NCBI GenBank assembly: GCA_040382435.1
Contig: JBEIFN010000001.1
Coordinates: forward strand, 1-57,253
Direction: 5' to 3'
Source of the DNA: Alphaproteobacteria bacterium
Lineage (GTDB): Bacteria > Myxococcota_A > UBA796 > GCA-2862545
DNA length: 57,253 nucleotides
Both the position numbers and the translations under genes were made by a program. The notes beneath the pieces are model-generated. The model saw only the letters and a list, made by a program, of their open reading frames with translations. It ran no database searches and had not been told where the DNA came from. This document shows, one piece after another, positions 24,700-35,000 of this stretch (position 1 is its first letter; each line of letters starts with the position of its first letter).

Positions 24700-25677
24700 A
24701 TGAACGCCACGACGCCTGAGGTTCGCTCGGATTGGCGGCGCGACGAGATCGAGGCGCTGTTCGATCTGCCGCTGCTCGCGCTGCTCGACCGTGCTCGGGC
24801 CCTGCACCTGCGCCACCACGACGCCGGCCGTGTGCAGCTCGCGACGCTCGCGAACATCAAGTCGGGGGGCTGCCCCGAGGACTGTGGCTACTGCCCGCAG
24901 TCGGCGCACCACGAGGGCGCGGTCGCGAACGAGCCGATGATGGCGGTCTGCGACGTGGTCGCGGCAGCGCGTCGGGCGCGCGAAGCCGGTGCGGCGCGCT
25001 TTTGCATGGGCGCTGCGTGGCGTCGGGTCCGCGACGGCGAGGCCTTCGATCGCGTCGTCGAGATGGTGGCGGCCGTGCACAACGAGGGGCTCGAGGTGTG
25101 CGTCACCCTCGGCATGCTCGAACCCCACCAGATCGCGCGTCTGCGGCAGGCCGGACTGTACGCGTACAACCACAACATCGACACCAGCCCCGAGTACTAC
25201 GGGGAGGTGGTCCATACGCGTCAGTACGACGACCGGCTGCAGACGCTCGCGCACGCGCGCGAAGCCGGGGTCAGCCTGTGTTCGGGCGGCATCTTGGGCA
25301 TGGGCGAGACCGAAGCCGACCGGGTGGGGATGCTTCATGTGCTCGCGACGATGTCGCCCCATCCCGAGAGCGTCCCGCTCAACCAGCTCGTGCGGGCACC
25401 GGGCACGCCGCTCTCCCAGTCGACGCCGCTCGATCCCTTCGAGTTCATCCGCGTGGTGGCGGTGGCGCGCATCGTGATGCCCGACGCCGTGCTGCGCCTC
25501 GCGGCGGGTCGGTCGTCGCTGTCGCGAGAGGCCGCGGCGATGGCGTTCTATGCGGGTGCCAACAGTATCTTCTACGGTGAGAAGCTGTTGACGACGCCCA
25601 ACCCCGACATGTCCGAGGACCGAGCCCTCCTCGCCGAGCTCGGCCTCGAGCCGATGCAGCCCGCGCCGCGCGCATGA
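24700..25677 (+). CDS. bioB: Biotin synthase
   Basis: GAGG upstream of ATG 24700. Radical-SAM CPEDCGYCPQ, YNHNIDTS, and overall collinearity with BioB. Confidence 0.96.
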   Translation: MNATTPEVRSDWRRDEIEALFDLPLLALLDRARALHLRHHDAGRVQLATLANIKSGGCPEDCGYCPQSAHHEGAVANEPMMAVCDVVAAARRAREAGAARFCMGAAWRRVRDGEAFDRVVEMVAAVHNEGLEVCVTLGMLEPHQIARLRQAGLYAYNHNIDTSPEYYGEVVHTRQYDDRLQTLAHAREAGVSLCSGGILGMGETEADRVGMLHVLATMSPHPESVPLNQLVRAPGTPLSQSTPLDPFEFIRVVAVARIVMPDAVLRLAAGRSSLSREAAAMAFYAGANSIFYGEKLLTTPNPDMSEDRALLAELGLEPMQPAPRA

Positions 25678-26804
25678 CCGACGCGCTGACGGCGCGGCTC
25701 GTCGCACGCGCAGCGGCGTGGCGTGCGCGCGACCTTCAACGCGTGCTGCAGGCGCCGCAAGGGGTCGACCTCTCGTCGAATGACGTGCTGGGGTTGTCCA
25801 CCGATCCGGACGTCGTCGCGGCCGCGCTGCACGGCGTTCGGGCCTACGGCGTGGGCTCGGGCGGCAGCCGGTTGCTCGGCGGTCACCGTCCGGTGTTCGA
25901 GGACCTGGAGGCGCGCGCCGCGTCGTGGCTGGGCGTCGAGCGGACGCTGCTGTTCGGTTCGGGGTACGCCGCGTCCGTCGGGGTGCTCACCGCGTTGCTC
26001 GGTCGGGGCGACGTGGTGGTGAGTGACGCCTTGAACCACGCGAGCTTGATCGACGGCATGCGGTTGTCGGGCGCCCGGCGGGTTGTCGTGCCTCACCTCG
26101 ACCTGTCCGCGCTCGCGCAAGCCCTGGCGGCGGCCCGACCCGAGCCTGACGGCCTCGTCGCGGTGGTCGTGGAGGGCGTGTATTCGATGGACGGAGATGG
26201 TTGGGACTTGGACGCGGTCGCGACGTTGTGCGCAGCCCACCGGGCGGTGCTCATCGTCGATGAGGCCCACGCCACGGGGTTGGTCGGTCCGTCGGGGGCG
26301 GGTGCTGCGGCCGAGGCGGGCGTTGCGGAGGCGGTTGCGGTGCGGTTGCATCCTTGCGGCAAGGCGCTTGGCGGGCAAGGCTGCCTCGTCGCCGGCTCGC
26401 GAGAGGTCATCGACGCGCTCGTGCAACACGCCAGGAGCTTCGTGTTCTCGACCGCGCCCTGGCCCGCGACGGGTGCTGCGTTGATCGCCGCGATCGACCG
26501 CGTCGCGCGCGATGAGGCGCTGCGCGCGCGTCCTGCCGCGCTCGGGGCGCACCTCCGCGAGCGCCTCGGGCCGCGTCTGGGCCTTGGGGCGGGCGCGATC
26601 GTCCCGATCCCGGCGGGTGATGCGGCACGTGCCTCCGCGCTGTCCGAGGGCCTCGCGGCGCGGGGGTGGTGGGCGCGCGCCGTCCGGCCGCCGACGGTTC
26701 CGGTCGGGACGGCGCGGGTCCGCATCGTGACGAGGGCGCCCCTCTCCGTGGCACAGATCGAGACACTAGCGGACGACGTCCTTGCGGTAGAACGTGGCCT
26801 ATGA
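25674..26804 (+). CDS. bioF: 8-amino-7-oxononanoate synthase
   Basis: ATGA overlap with bioB. Class-II aminotransferase fold of the AONS type (SNDVLGL, DALNHASLIDG, VDEAHATG, the PLP-Lys region). Confidence 0.92.
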   Translation: MTDALTARLVARAAAWRARDLQRVLQAPQGVDLSSNDVLGLSTDPDVVAAALHGVRAYGVGSGGSRLLGGHRPVFEDLEARAASWLGVERTLLFGSGYAASVGVLTALLGRGDVVVSDALNHASLIDGMRLSGARRVVVPHLDLSALAQALAAARPEPDGLVAVVVEGVYSMDGDGWDLDAVATLCAAHRAVLIVDEAHATGLVGPSGAGAAAEAGVAEAVAVRLHPCGKALGGQGCLVAGSREVIDALVQHARSFVFSTAPWPATGAALIAAIDRVARDEALRARPAALGAHLRERLGPRLGLGAGAIVPIPAGDAARASALSEGLAARGWWARAVRPPTVPVGTARVRIVTRAPLSVAQIETLADDVLAVERGL

Positions 26805-27424
26805 TCCCAACAACGCGCTTTTTCCTCTCCGGTACGGACACTGACGTCGGCAAGACCACCGCCGCCGCGGCGTTGTGTGCGGCGTGGGGGCTTGCCTACT
26901 GGAAGGTGGTGCAGGCGGGCACCGTCCCCACCACCGATCGTGCGACGGTTGGTCGGCTTGCGGGCGTGACCACGTACCCGGAGGCCTACGTGCTCGCGCG
27001 GCCCGCGAGTCCACACGCTGCGGCGCGTGACGAGGGGATCCGCATCGATCCTGGGCAGCTCCGCGCGCCATGCGAGGGGCCGCTGCTCGTGGAGGGGGCT
27101 GGAGGGTTCTCGGTGCCGCTCGCCGCGGATCCTTGGGTCTGGCAGGCCGAGATCCCCCGTCGGTTGGGGCTGCCGGTCGTGATCGTCGCCCGCACCGGTC
27201 TTGGGACGCTGCATCACACCACGACGACGGTGGCCGCTGTCCGCGCGGCGGGGTTGCCGTGCGTGGGCCTCGTGTTGGTCGGCGATCCTCACCCCGAGAA
27301 CGAGGCCGACGTCGAAGCGTTGACCGGAACCCCTGTTTGGGGACGGCTGCCGCGGGTGGTTGACGTCGATCGTGGGTTCTCGACGCTCGTCGAGGCCGTG
27401 CGGCGCTGGCGGTACGCGCGATGA
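26801..27424 (+). CDS. bioD: Dethiobiotin synthetase
   Basis: ATGA overlap with bioF. FLSGTDTDVGKT P-loop and LLVEGAGG block. Confidence 0.92.
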   Translation: MIPTTRFFLSGTDTDVGKTTAAAALCAAWGLAYWKVVQAGTVPTTDRATVGRLAGVTTYPEAYVLARPASPHAAARDEGIRIDPGQLRAPCEGPLLVEGAGGFSVPLAADPWVWQAEIPRRLGLPVVIVARTGLGTLHHTTTTVAAVRAAGLPCVGLVLVGDPHPENEADVEALTGTPVWGRLPRVVDVDRGFSTLVEAVRRWRYAR

Positions 27425-28659
27425 GCGTCTGGCATCCGTTCACACAGCTTCGCGGTTTTACCCCGCTGGGGGAGGTCGTCGCCGCCGAGGGAGCGTGGCT
27501 GCACCTGTCGGATGGGCGGCGGCTGCTCGACGGGATCAGCAGCTGGTGGGTGACCTTGCACGGTCATGCGCGCCCCGAGATCGCCGCCGCCGTCGCCGCC
27601 CAGGCTGCACGCCTCGACCAGGTCATCCTCGCCGACTTCGTCCATCCCGCGGCAGCCGCGCTCACCGCGGCCTTGTCGGGCGTACTGCCGGGGGGGCCCA
27701 AGCGCGTGTTTTTCTCGGATGACGGCTCGACGGCGGTGGAGGTCGCGCTGAAGATGGCGTGGCAGCACCAGCGGGCACGCGATCCTGGACGGACGAGGAT
27801 CGTAGCGTTTGACGGCGGTTATCATGGCGACACGCTCGGCGCGATGAGCGTGGGTGCGCGTGACGTCTTCACGCTCTCGTTCGAAGGGCTGCTGCTCCCG
27901 GTCACGTTCTTGCCGTGGGACGACGTGGATGCGCTCGAGCGCTTCTTCACCGAGCACGGTCAGCAGGTCGTGGCCGCGATCGTCGAGCCGATGGTGCAGT
28001 GTGCTGGCGGGATGCGCATCGCGGGTCCGGAGTTTCTGTCGGCCCTCGATCGGGCTGCGCATGACGCGGGCGCGTTGTGGATCGCCGACGAGGTCGCGGT
28101 GGGGTTTGGTCGTACCGGTCGGATGTGGGGATGCGACCACGCTGGTGTGTCGCCCGACCTCGTCGCGCTGAGCAAGGGGCTGACGGGGGGGACGCTCCCG
28201 ATGGGGATCACCGCAGCGTCGCAAACCATCTACGAGAGTTTTCTCGGCGCCGACAAGCGGTCGGCCTTTCTGCACGGCCACAGCTATACCGGCAACCCGA
28301 TCGCGGCGGCGGCTGCGCTCGCGAGCCTTGATCTCGTCCGTCGCGAGGACACACCGGCGCGTTTTGCCGCGTTCGAGAACGTCTATCGGGGCTGGTTCGA
28401 CGCAGTTCGGTCGAGACCGGCGCTCGCCGATCCGCGCGCGCTGGGGGGCATCTTCGCGTTCGATGTGGCGTGCGGTGGTGGCTACCACGACCCGATCGGC
28501 CGACGGGTACAGGCTGCGGCGCTGCGTCGTGGGCTGTATGTCCGTCCGCTGGGGTCGGTGGTCTACTTGATGCCCCCGGCGGCGGTCACGCTCGCCGAGC
28601 TGGACGCGGCGTGCGACAGCCTGCTGTCGGCGGTCGACGAGGCGTTGGAGGGGCGATGA
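27421..28659 (+). CDS. bioA: Adenosylmethionine-8-amino-7-oxononanoate aminotransferase
   Basis: ATGA overlap with bioD. Class-III aminotransferase with the BioA-type N-terminus (WHPFTQ), DEVAVGFGRTG, and PLP lysine in ALSKGLTGG. Confidence 0.93.
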   Translation: MSVWHPFTQLRGFTPLGEVVAAEGAWLHLSDGRRLLDGISSWWVTLHGHARPEIAAAVAAQAARLDQVILADFVHPAAAALTAALSGVLPGGPKRVFFSDDGSTAVEVALKMAWQHQRARDPGRTRIVAFDGGYHGDTLGAMSVGARDVFTLSFEGLLLPVTFLPWDDVDALERFFTEHGQQVVAAIVEPMVQCAGGMRIAGPEFLSALDRAAHDAGALWIADEVAVGFGRTGRMWGCDHAGVSPDLVALSKGLTGGTLPMGITAASQTIYESFLGADKRSAFLHGHSYTGNPIAAAAALASLDLVRREDTPARFAAFENVYRGWFDAVRSRPALADPRALGGIFAFDVACGGGYHDPIGRRVQAAALRRGLYVRPLGSVVYLMPPAAVTLAELDAACDSLLSAVDEALEGR

Positions 28660-29444
28660 ACCTGTTCGAACGACACGCGGCGCCGCGTCTGATCGGGGTC
28701 GTGCACCTGCCGCCGCTGCCCGGCAGCCCGTCGCGCGGCGCGATGCAGGAGGTGCGCGCGCGTGCCGCGGCCGACGCGGCGGCGCTCGCTGCGGGCGGTG
28801 TGGACGGGATCATCGTCGAGAACCTCGGCGACGCCCCGTTCTTCGGCGCGACGGTCGACGCCGCGACGATCGCTGGGTTGACGGTGGCCGCGCTCGACGT
28901 CCGGCAGGCGGCGCCCGAGGTGCCGCCCGGGATCAACGTGCTCCGCAACGACGGTCCGGCGGCGGTCGCGATCGCGGCGGCGGTCGGTGCGTCGTTCGTC
29001 CGCGTCAATGTGCTGACGGGCGCGATGGTCACCGACCAAGGGCTCCTGCAAGGTTGTGCGCGCGCGGTGGCCGAGGCGCGCGCATGCCTCGCACCGGGCC
29101 TGCGGGTCGCGGCGGATGTCTTGGTCAAGCACGCGACACCGCTCGGTGACCCCGATCTCGTCGAGGTCGCGCGGGACACGCTCGCGCGCGGGGGCGCGCA
29201 GGCGGTCATCGTCAGCGGCTCGGGGACCGGACGCCCGACGGACCCGGCCCGTGCGGAGCGTCTGGTCGCTGCGGGGTTGGGTCCGGTTTGGATCGGCAGT
29301 GGGGTGACGCTCGCGACCGCCGCGCGCTGGGCGGGACTGGCCGACGTCGTCATCGTGGGCACCGCGCTGCATGAGGACGCGCGGCTCGACGCGCCGCTCT
29401 GCCCGCGCCGTGTGGCGGCGATGAAGGCTGCGCTCTCGGCCTAG
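28656..29444 (+). CDS. BtpA/SgcQ-family TIM-barrel protein
   Basis: ATGA overlap with bioA. LIGVVHLPPLPGSP...GVDGIIVENLGDAPF...GINVLRND is the BtpA family pattern. Confidence 0.8.
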   Translation: MNLFERHAAPRLIGVVHLPPLPGSPSRGAMQEVRARAAADAAALAAGGVDGIIVENLGDAPFFGATVDAATIAGLTVAALDVRQAAPEVPPGINVLRNDGPAAVAIAAAVGASFVRVNVLTGAMVTDQGLLQGCARAVAEARACLAPGLRVAADVLVKHATPLGDPDLVEVARDTLARGGAQAVIVSGSGTGRPTDPARAERLVAAGLGPVWIGSGVTLATAARWAGLADVVIVGTALHEDARLDAPLCPRRVAAMKAALSA

Positions 29445-30811
29445 CCGCGCCAAGCGAGGAAGGTCTGCACCGCGATGACTGACCCGATGACGCCGAACAG
29501 GTCGGCGAGCAACCCCGCCGCGATCGCGTGGCGGTAGCGGTGGATCCCGACGCTGCCGAAGTAGACGGCGAGGACGTAGAAGGTTGTCTCCGAGCAGCCG
29601 TTGATCGTGCTGACGAGCAGGCCGGTGTAGGTGTCGGGTCCCGTGGCGGGGTCGGCGAGCGTTGCGGCGAGGAGTCCGTTCGCGCCGCTGCCGGAGAGCG
29701 GCCGGATCAACGCCATCGGGAGCGCCTCGCCCGGCAGCCCGAGCGGGCGCGTGAGCGGATCGAGCACAGCGACGATCGCGTCCAGCGCGCCCGAGGCTTG
29801 GAAGAACCCGACCGCGGTGAGGACCGCCACGAGGTAGGGGACAATGCGCACGGCGGTCTCCCACGCCTCCCGTGCGCCGCGCAAGAACGAGGCGTACACG
29901 TCCACGCCGCGCCAAGCCCCGAGCGCGATCACGCCGGTGGCGAGGGTGGGAACGAGCCAGGGGCCCAAGGTGTCCGAGAACAGGACCATCGCCGGGATCG
30001 CGAGCAGCGCGCCCCCGAAGGCGAGCAGCGTGACGGCCCAGGGCAGGGCGGGGAGCGGGGCCTCGCGCTCGCCGGCGTCCTCGACCGGCCGTACGTCGTC
30101 GGGCGGCGTCACGGCCTCGGGGCCGGGCAACCAGCGGGCCGCGATCAGCGCGAATGCGATGGCTCCAGCCGTCGAGCACAGGGTGGCGAAGAGGGTGGTC
30201 GCGACGATGTCGGCGGGCCCCGTCGAGCCCGCGGCCTGGCGGATCGCGATCGCTTGGGTGGGGATCAGCGTCACCGACGAGGTGTTGATCGCGAGGAACA
30301 ACACCATCGCGTTGGAGGCCGTGCCGCGGTGGGGGTTGAGGCGGTCCAGCTCGCGCATGGCCTTGAGGCCAAACGGCGTCGCCGCGTTCGCCAAGCCGAG
30401 GGCATTTGCGCTCAGGTTGAGGATCATCGCCGACATCGCGGGGTGATCCGCCGGAACGTCGGGGAACAGACGGACCATCAGCGGGCGGATCAGACGCGCG
30501 AGGAAGGTGAGCGCGCCTGCGTCCTCGGCGATGGCGACGATGCCGAGGAAGAACGCCATCACGCCGATGAGTCCGATCGCGAGATCGACGGCCTTGCCGG
30601 CCTTGTCGAGGATGGCTTCACCGCCCTTCTTCATCGGGCTCGGCGCGGGCGCGGGTGTGCCGGGGTCGGAGACGGCCTGACCGGGCGTCGTCGTGGTGTC
30701 GGTCGCTGTGTTTTGCACGACCTCGACCGTAGGTGGGGGCGAGGGCCACACCGTCCGAACCCCGGCGACGGCGAAGGCGAGCATGAACAAGAAGGCGAAC
30801 ACGCGGTTCAT
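29441..30811 (-). CDS. Nucleoside-recognition-domain membrane protein (fused SpmA/SpmB-like)
   Basis: ATG 30811 is preceded by GGGAG. Polytopic, with LSANALGLANAATPFGLKAM and LSGSGANG blocks. Thr/Pro-rich segment after the first TM helix. Confidence 0.75.
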   Translation of the reverse strand: MNRVFAFLFMLAFAVAGVRTVWPSPPPTVEVVQNTATDTTTTPGQAVSDPGTPAPAPSPMKKGGEAILDKAGKAVDLAIGLIGVMAFFLGIVAIAEDAGALTFLARLIRPLMVRLFPDVPADHPAMSAMILNLSANALGLANAATPFGLKAMRELDRLNPHRGTASNAMVLFLAINTSSVTLIPTQAIAIRQAAGSTGPADIVATTLFATLCSTAGAIAFALIAARWLPGPEAVTPPDDVRPVEDAGEREAPLPALPWAVTLLAFGGALLAIPAMVLFSDTLGPWLVPTLATGVIALGAWRGVDVYASFLRGAREAWETAVRIVPYLVAVLTAVGFFQASGALDAIVAVLDPLTRPLGLPGEALPMALIRPLSGSGANGLLAATLADPATGPDTYTGLLVSTINGCSETTFYVLAVYFGSVGIHRYRHAIAAGLLADLFGVIGSVIAVQTFLAWRG

Positions 30812-30890
30812 TGGCGCTCCCGGGTCAGCGATGGTCAACACGCGCGGCGTGCGTCCCCCGGGGTGTTACCCGATTGGCGGCGAGGTTGGC

Positions 30891-31931
30891 GTGCGACGCT
30901 GGGCAGTGGGGGCGGCCTTCTTGGCGTTGACGGCGTGCGGCGGAGGCGACGTTGACGCGCCGACGTCGGACGCGCCCGCAGCGTCGTGGGCGGGCGGTTC
31001 GCTCACGCAGGCCGAGCTGCAGGCCGAGGTCGCCGACGAGCTGGCCCAGCTCGAGACGCGCACGGCGCTGCAGCGCTACGAGATCTTGCATCGCGCGCTG
31101 GAGTCCAAGGTCGAGGGCGAGGTGCTGGCCGCAAGATGCGAGGCGACGGGAGCGGCGTCGGTCGAGGCGCTGTTGCAGGCCGAGGTCGACGCGAAGGTCC
31201 CTGAGGCGGACGAGGGCAGGATCCGTCGCGAGTTCGACCGCCTGTCCGCCCAGATGCCCGGCGCGGACTACGCGACGGTGCGGCCGCACCTCGTCCGCCA
31301 GCTGCGAGAGTCCGACATCGCCAGCGCGCGCCTCGACTACGTCGCCGGCCTCAAGGACGCCGCCGGGCTCCGGTTGCACCTTCCCTACCCCGACATCCCT
31401 CGGACCCACGTGGAGGTTCGCGAACACGACGCGGTCCGCGGGCCCGCCGATGCACCGGTGACGCTGGTGATGTTCGGTGAATACCAGTGCTTCTTCTGTC
31501 GTAAGGCCTTGCCGCTGCTCGGGCGGCTCGCCAGCGAGCACAGCGATCTGCGGGTGGTGTTCAAGGACTTCCCGATGCAAGGCCACGACGCTGCGCGGGA
31601 CGCCGCAGTGGCGGCGCGCTGCGCGGGTCAGCAGGGGCGCTACTGGGAGATGGCGGACCGCTTGATGGAGCGTCAAGACGCGCTCGCGCCGGCCGACCTC
31701 GAACAGCACGCGGTCGCGCTCGGGCTGGACGTCGCGCCGTGGCGAGACTGCGTCGCCGACGGGATTTGGCAGGAGCGCATCGAAGAGAGCGTGCGGGACG
31801 GTCGTGAGGCGGGCGTGCACGCGACGCCGACCTTCTTCGTCAACGGGCGGATGGTGGCGGGCTCGGTCGGCTGGGAGCGGCTGGACGATCTGGTCTCCAG
31901 CGAGTTGGCGGCGGTCGCAGCGGCGCGCTGA
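30891..31931 (+). CDS. DsbA/thioredoxin-fold lipoprotein (CxxC = CFFC)
   Basis: Preferred start is GTG 30891 (GAGG about 8 nt upstream), which gives a classic lipobox (RRWAVGAAFLALTAC-G). The alternative ATG 30831 leaves only 19 bp to the divergent gene. FGEYQCFFCRK and ATPTFFVNG are DsbA-family blocks. Confidence 0.8.
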   Translation: MRRWAVGAAFLALTACGGGDVDAPTSDAPAASWAGGSLTQAELQAEVADELAQLETRTALQRYEILHRALESKVEGEVLAARCEATGAASVEALLQAEVDAKVPEADEGRIRREFDRLSAQMPGADYATVRPHLVRQLRESDIASARLDYVAGLKDAAGLRLHLPYPDIPRTHVEVREHDAVRGPADAPVTLVMFGEYQCFFCRKALPLLGRLASEHSDLRVVFKDFPMQGHDAARDAAVAARCAGQQGRYWEMADRLMERQDALAPADLEQHAVALGLDVAPWRDCVADGIWQERIEESVRDGREAGVHATPTFFVNGRMVAGSVGWERLDDLVSSELAAVAAAR

Positions 31932-32026
31932 CCCGTGTTGCGCGGCGCCGGGCACGATGTCCACCGCAGGGTCGTCGTGTTCGGCGTCTGTACGGGCGGC
32001 GTGCTAGGGCGTTCTCGGAGGGCGTT

Positions 32027-35000
32027 TTGCCGACCCCTACGCGCATCGGTCCGTTCGACGTCGTCCGCCCGCTCGCTACGGGCGGCATGGCCGAGGTGTT
32101 CGAGGTGCTCGATCCGGCCACCGGGGAGCGGTACGCGCTCAAGCTGCTGCAAGAAGCCCGCTCCTCGCTCAAGCGGTTCAACCGCGAGTTCGAGGCGATG
32201 TCGCGCCTGAACCATCCCGGCATCTGCCGGGTGTACCGCTACGGGCAGCATGAGCGGCAGCCGTGGATCACGATGGAGCTGCTCGACGGACTGGCGCTGC
32301 AGTCGTGGGTCAAGCGATTTGGCGATCCCGGCGCGCCGGAGCGGACCGCCGAGACGCTGCGGGTCGGGTGGTGCATCGCGGGTGCCTTGGGCTACCTGCA
32401 CGACCGCGGGATCGTGCACCGCGACCTCAAGAGCGCAAATGTCGTCGTGCTGCATGACGGTCGCGTCAAGCTGCTCGACTTCGGGACGGCGCACTTGCTC
32501 GACCCGCTCGAGCGGATCACGGCACCCGGCGACTTTGTCGGCACGTTCAGCTACGCCTCGCCCGAACAGATCCTCGGCCATGCCGTCGACGGCGCCTCCG
32601 ATCTGTATGCACTCGGCGTCATCCTGTACCGGCTGGCCTCGGGACGTCGGCCGTTTCGGGGGTCGGACCCCAAGACCTTGGCCCAGCTGCATCTGCAGGA
32701 GGTGCCGAGGCGGATGCGGGAGTCGGTGCCCGAGCTGCCCGAGGCGCTCGACGCCTTGGTGGCGCGCCTCCTCGAAAAGCGCGTGACCGACCGTCCGAGG
32801 TCGGCGTCGGTCGTGGCCGACGCGCTCGAATCGATCCATGGCGCGCCGTTTGTCCTCCCGGGGGACGGGCTGCACTTTGCGGCTGAGCGGTCGGTGGGAC
32901 GTGGGCCGCAGCACATCGCGCTGTGGCGTGCGCTCGATGCGGTTGTGCCGGGCGGCGCCGTCGAGGTCTCGGGGCTCGATCCGCTGGAGATCGACACGTT
33001 CGCCGAGACGGTGGCCCAGGACGCGGCGCGCCGGGGGTGGCGTGCCGCGGTGCTCGGGACGCAAGACCTTCACCTGCGTGGCTTGGCGCTCGCGGTGGCT
33101 GCGTTGGCGTCCGCTGGGGATCAGCCCGAGCTTCGGGAGCTGCGTCGCGCGCCGCCGGACGGCGTCGAGCGGCTCCTGAGGACGCTGGTCCCGACGTTGA
33201 TGACGGCGTTGGCGCGCACGGAGGAGCCGGCCGTCCTCGTCCTTGAGTCCCCAGGTCGCTTGGACACGGCGGCGCAGCGTGTCCTCGTCGCGTTGGCGCG
33301 CGGCGCGAGCGCGGCCAACACGCGGCTGCGCTTTGTTCTGCTCGACCTTCCTGTCGGCGATTCGAGCGGGCTCGCCACGGCGCTCGACGCCACTCGGCTG
33401 TGCGCCCCGCGTCTGATGGACGGAGAGGTCGCCATCGCGACGGCGGAGCTGCTGCATCGCCGTCCGCCGCCCCCCAACGCCGCGCGCCGGATCGCGCATG
33501 CGTCGGGCGGTCGTCCGGGGTGGCTCGCGCCGGTCCTCGAAGCGATGCTCGACGCCGACGAAGTCGAGGTTCGGGCGGACGACGCGAACCGCGTCGACTG
33601 GCAGGAGCGTCCGAGTCATGTGCCGTTTCATGCCGAGCGCTTGGAGCAGGCGCGGGCGGCGGTGGGCGAGCGGGTTCCGGCGGCTTGGCGCGCGGTCGGT
33701 GAGCCGATCGCCCTGCTCGACGCGCCGCTCCCTGAGGCGGTGCTGTTCGACGTGCTCGGCGGCTCGGCCGCGGCGGTGTCGGTGATCCTCGAGGATGGTC
33801 ACGCGGCCGGGGTGTGGCGGCGCGCGGAAGGGAGGGTCGCTATCGATGATCCCGTCTTGTCGCGGCTGTGGCGCGAGGGGATGACCTCGGCGCGACGGCT
33901 CGCGCTGGTGGAGGCCCTCGCGCGGGTGGGTGAGACGCGTGCGCCGACCGCGGCGCTCGCGGCGTGCATGTTCGAGGCGGGTCGGAGCGAAGGGGCGCTC
34001 CGCGTCGCGGTGCGCGTGGCGCAAGATCTTCTCGATCTCGGTGCGTCGGCCGATGCTTTCGCGCTGCTCGACGGCCTCGTCGATGCCGCCCAGCATCCTG
34101 GGCTGGACGCCGGTCTGGTGTGTTCGTTCTTCGTCGCCCATGGCCGTTGCGCACGCATCGTTAAGCCCTTGGACCCACGGAGCGTCCGCAGCTTCAAGAT
34201 CGCCGAGGAGCGCGCCGAGACCGACGCCGCCCGCGCTCGGGTCGCCCTCGCGCGCGCAGAGCTGTACGCTGCTCTGGGGCACCCCTCCAACCATGCGCGC
34301 GCGCTCGAACTGGCCTGGACGTTGCTCAAGGACGCGCCATCGGACCCGTTGCGCTCCGAGGTCGCCCGCCGGCTCGGTGCGCAGTGCGTCGACGACGGTC
34401 GCATCGGTCTCGCGCTCCGGTGGTTCGATCATGCGATCGCCGCGGCCGAAGCGGCCTCGGACGCCGTGGCGTTGGGGGCCGCGGAGCTGGAGCGCGCGCG
34501 GTTGACGTGGTGGCTCGGCGACGCCGATGCGGCGCTGGCCGTCGCGACGCGCTTGTCTGCGTCGACCAACGCGCCGCTGGCGTGGAGCGCGATCGCGCTG
34601 ACGGCGGACGTTGGCCGCCTGCAGGGGCGGTTCTCCGAGGTGCTTGCGCCGCTCGAGCGCGCCGTCGCGCAGCTCCGGGCCGGCGGTGCCCCGCCTGAGG
34701 TGCGCTGGCGGCTTTTGCTCGTCCTGGGGGAGATCGAGCTCGCGCTCGATCGGCTCGGTGGCGCACAAGAGGTCGCGGAGGAGCTGCTGGGTGGCCTTGC
34801 GCGGGGTGAACCTCTCCCTCGACGCCTTGAGGCGAGACGCTTGGCTGCGCGTGTTCATCTCGCGTCCGGGCGCGTCGCGGACGCTCGTTCGGCGCTGCAA
34901 GACATCGTCTCGGCTGCGGACGCCGCCGGGCTGCGCCGGCTCGCCTACTTGGCACGCGCCCCGCTCGGAGAGGCGGCGGTGCTACAAGGGGATGGCTTGG

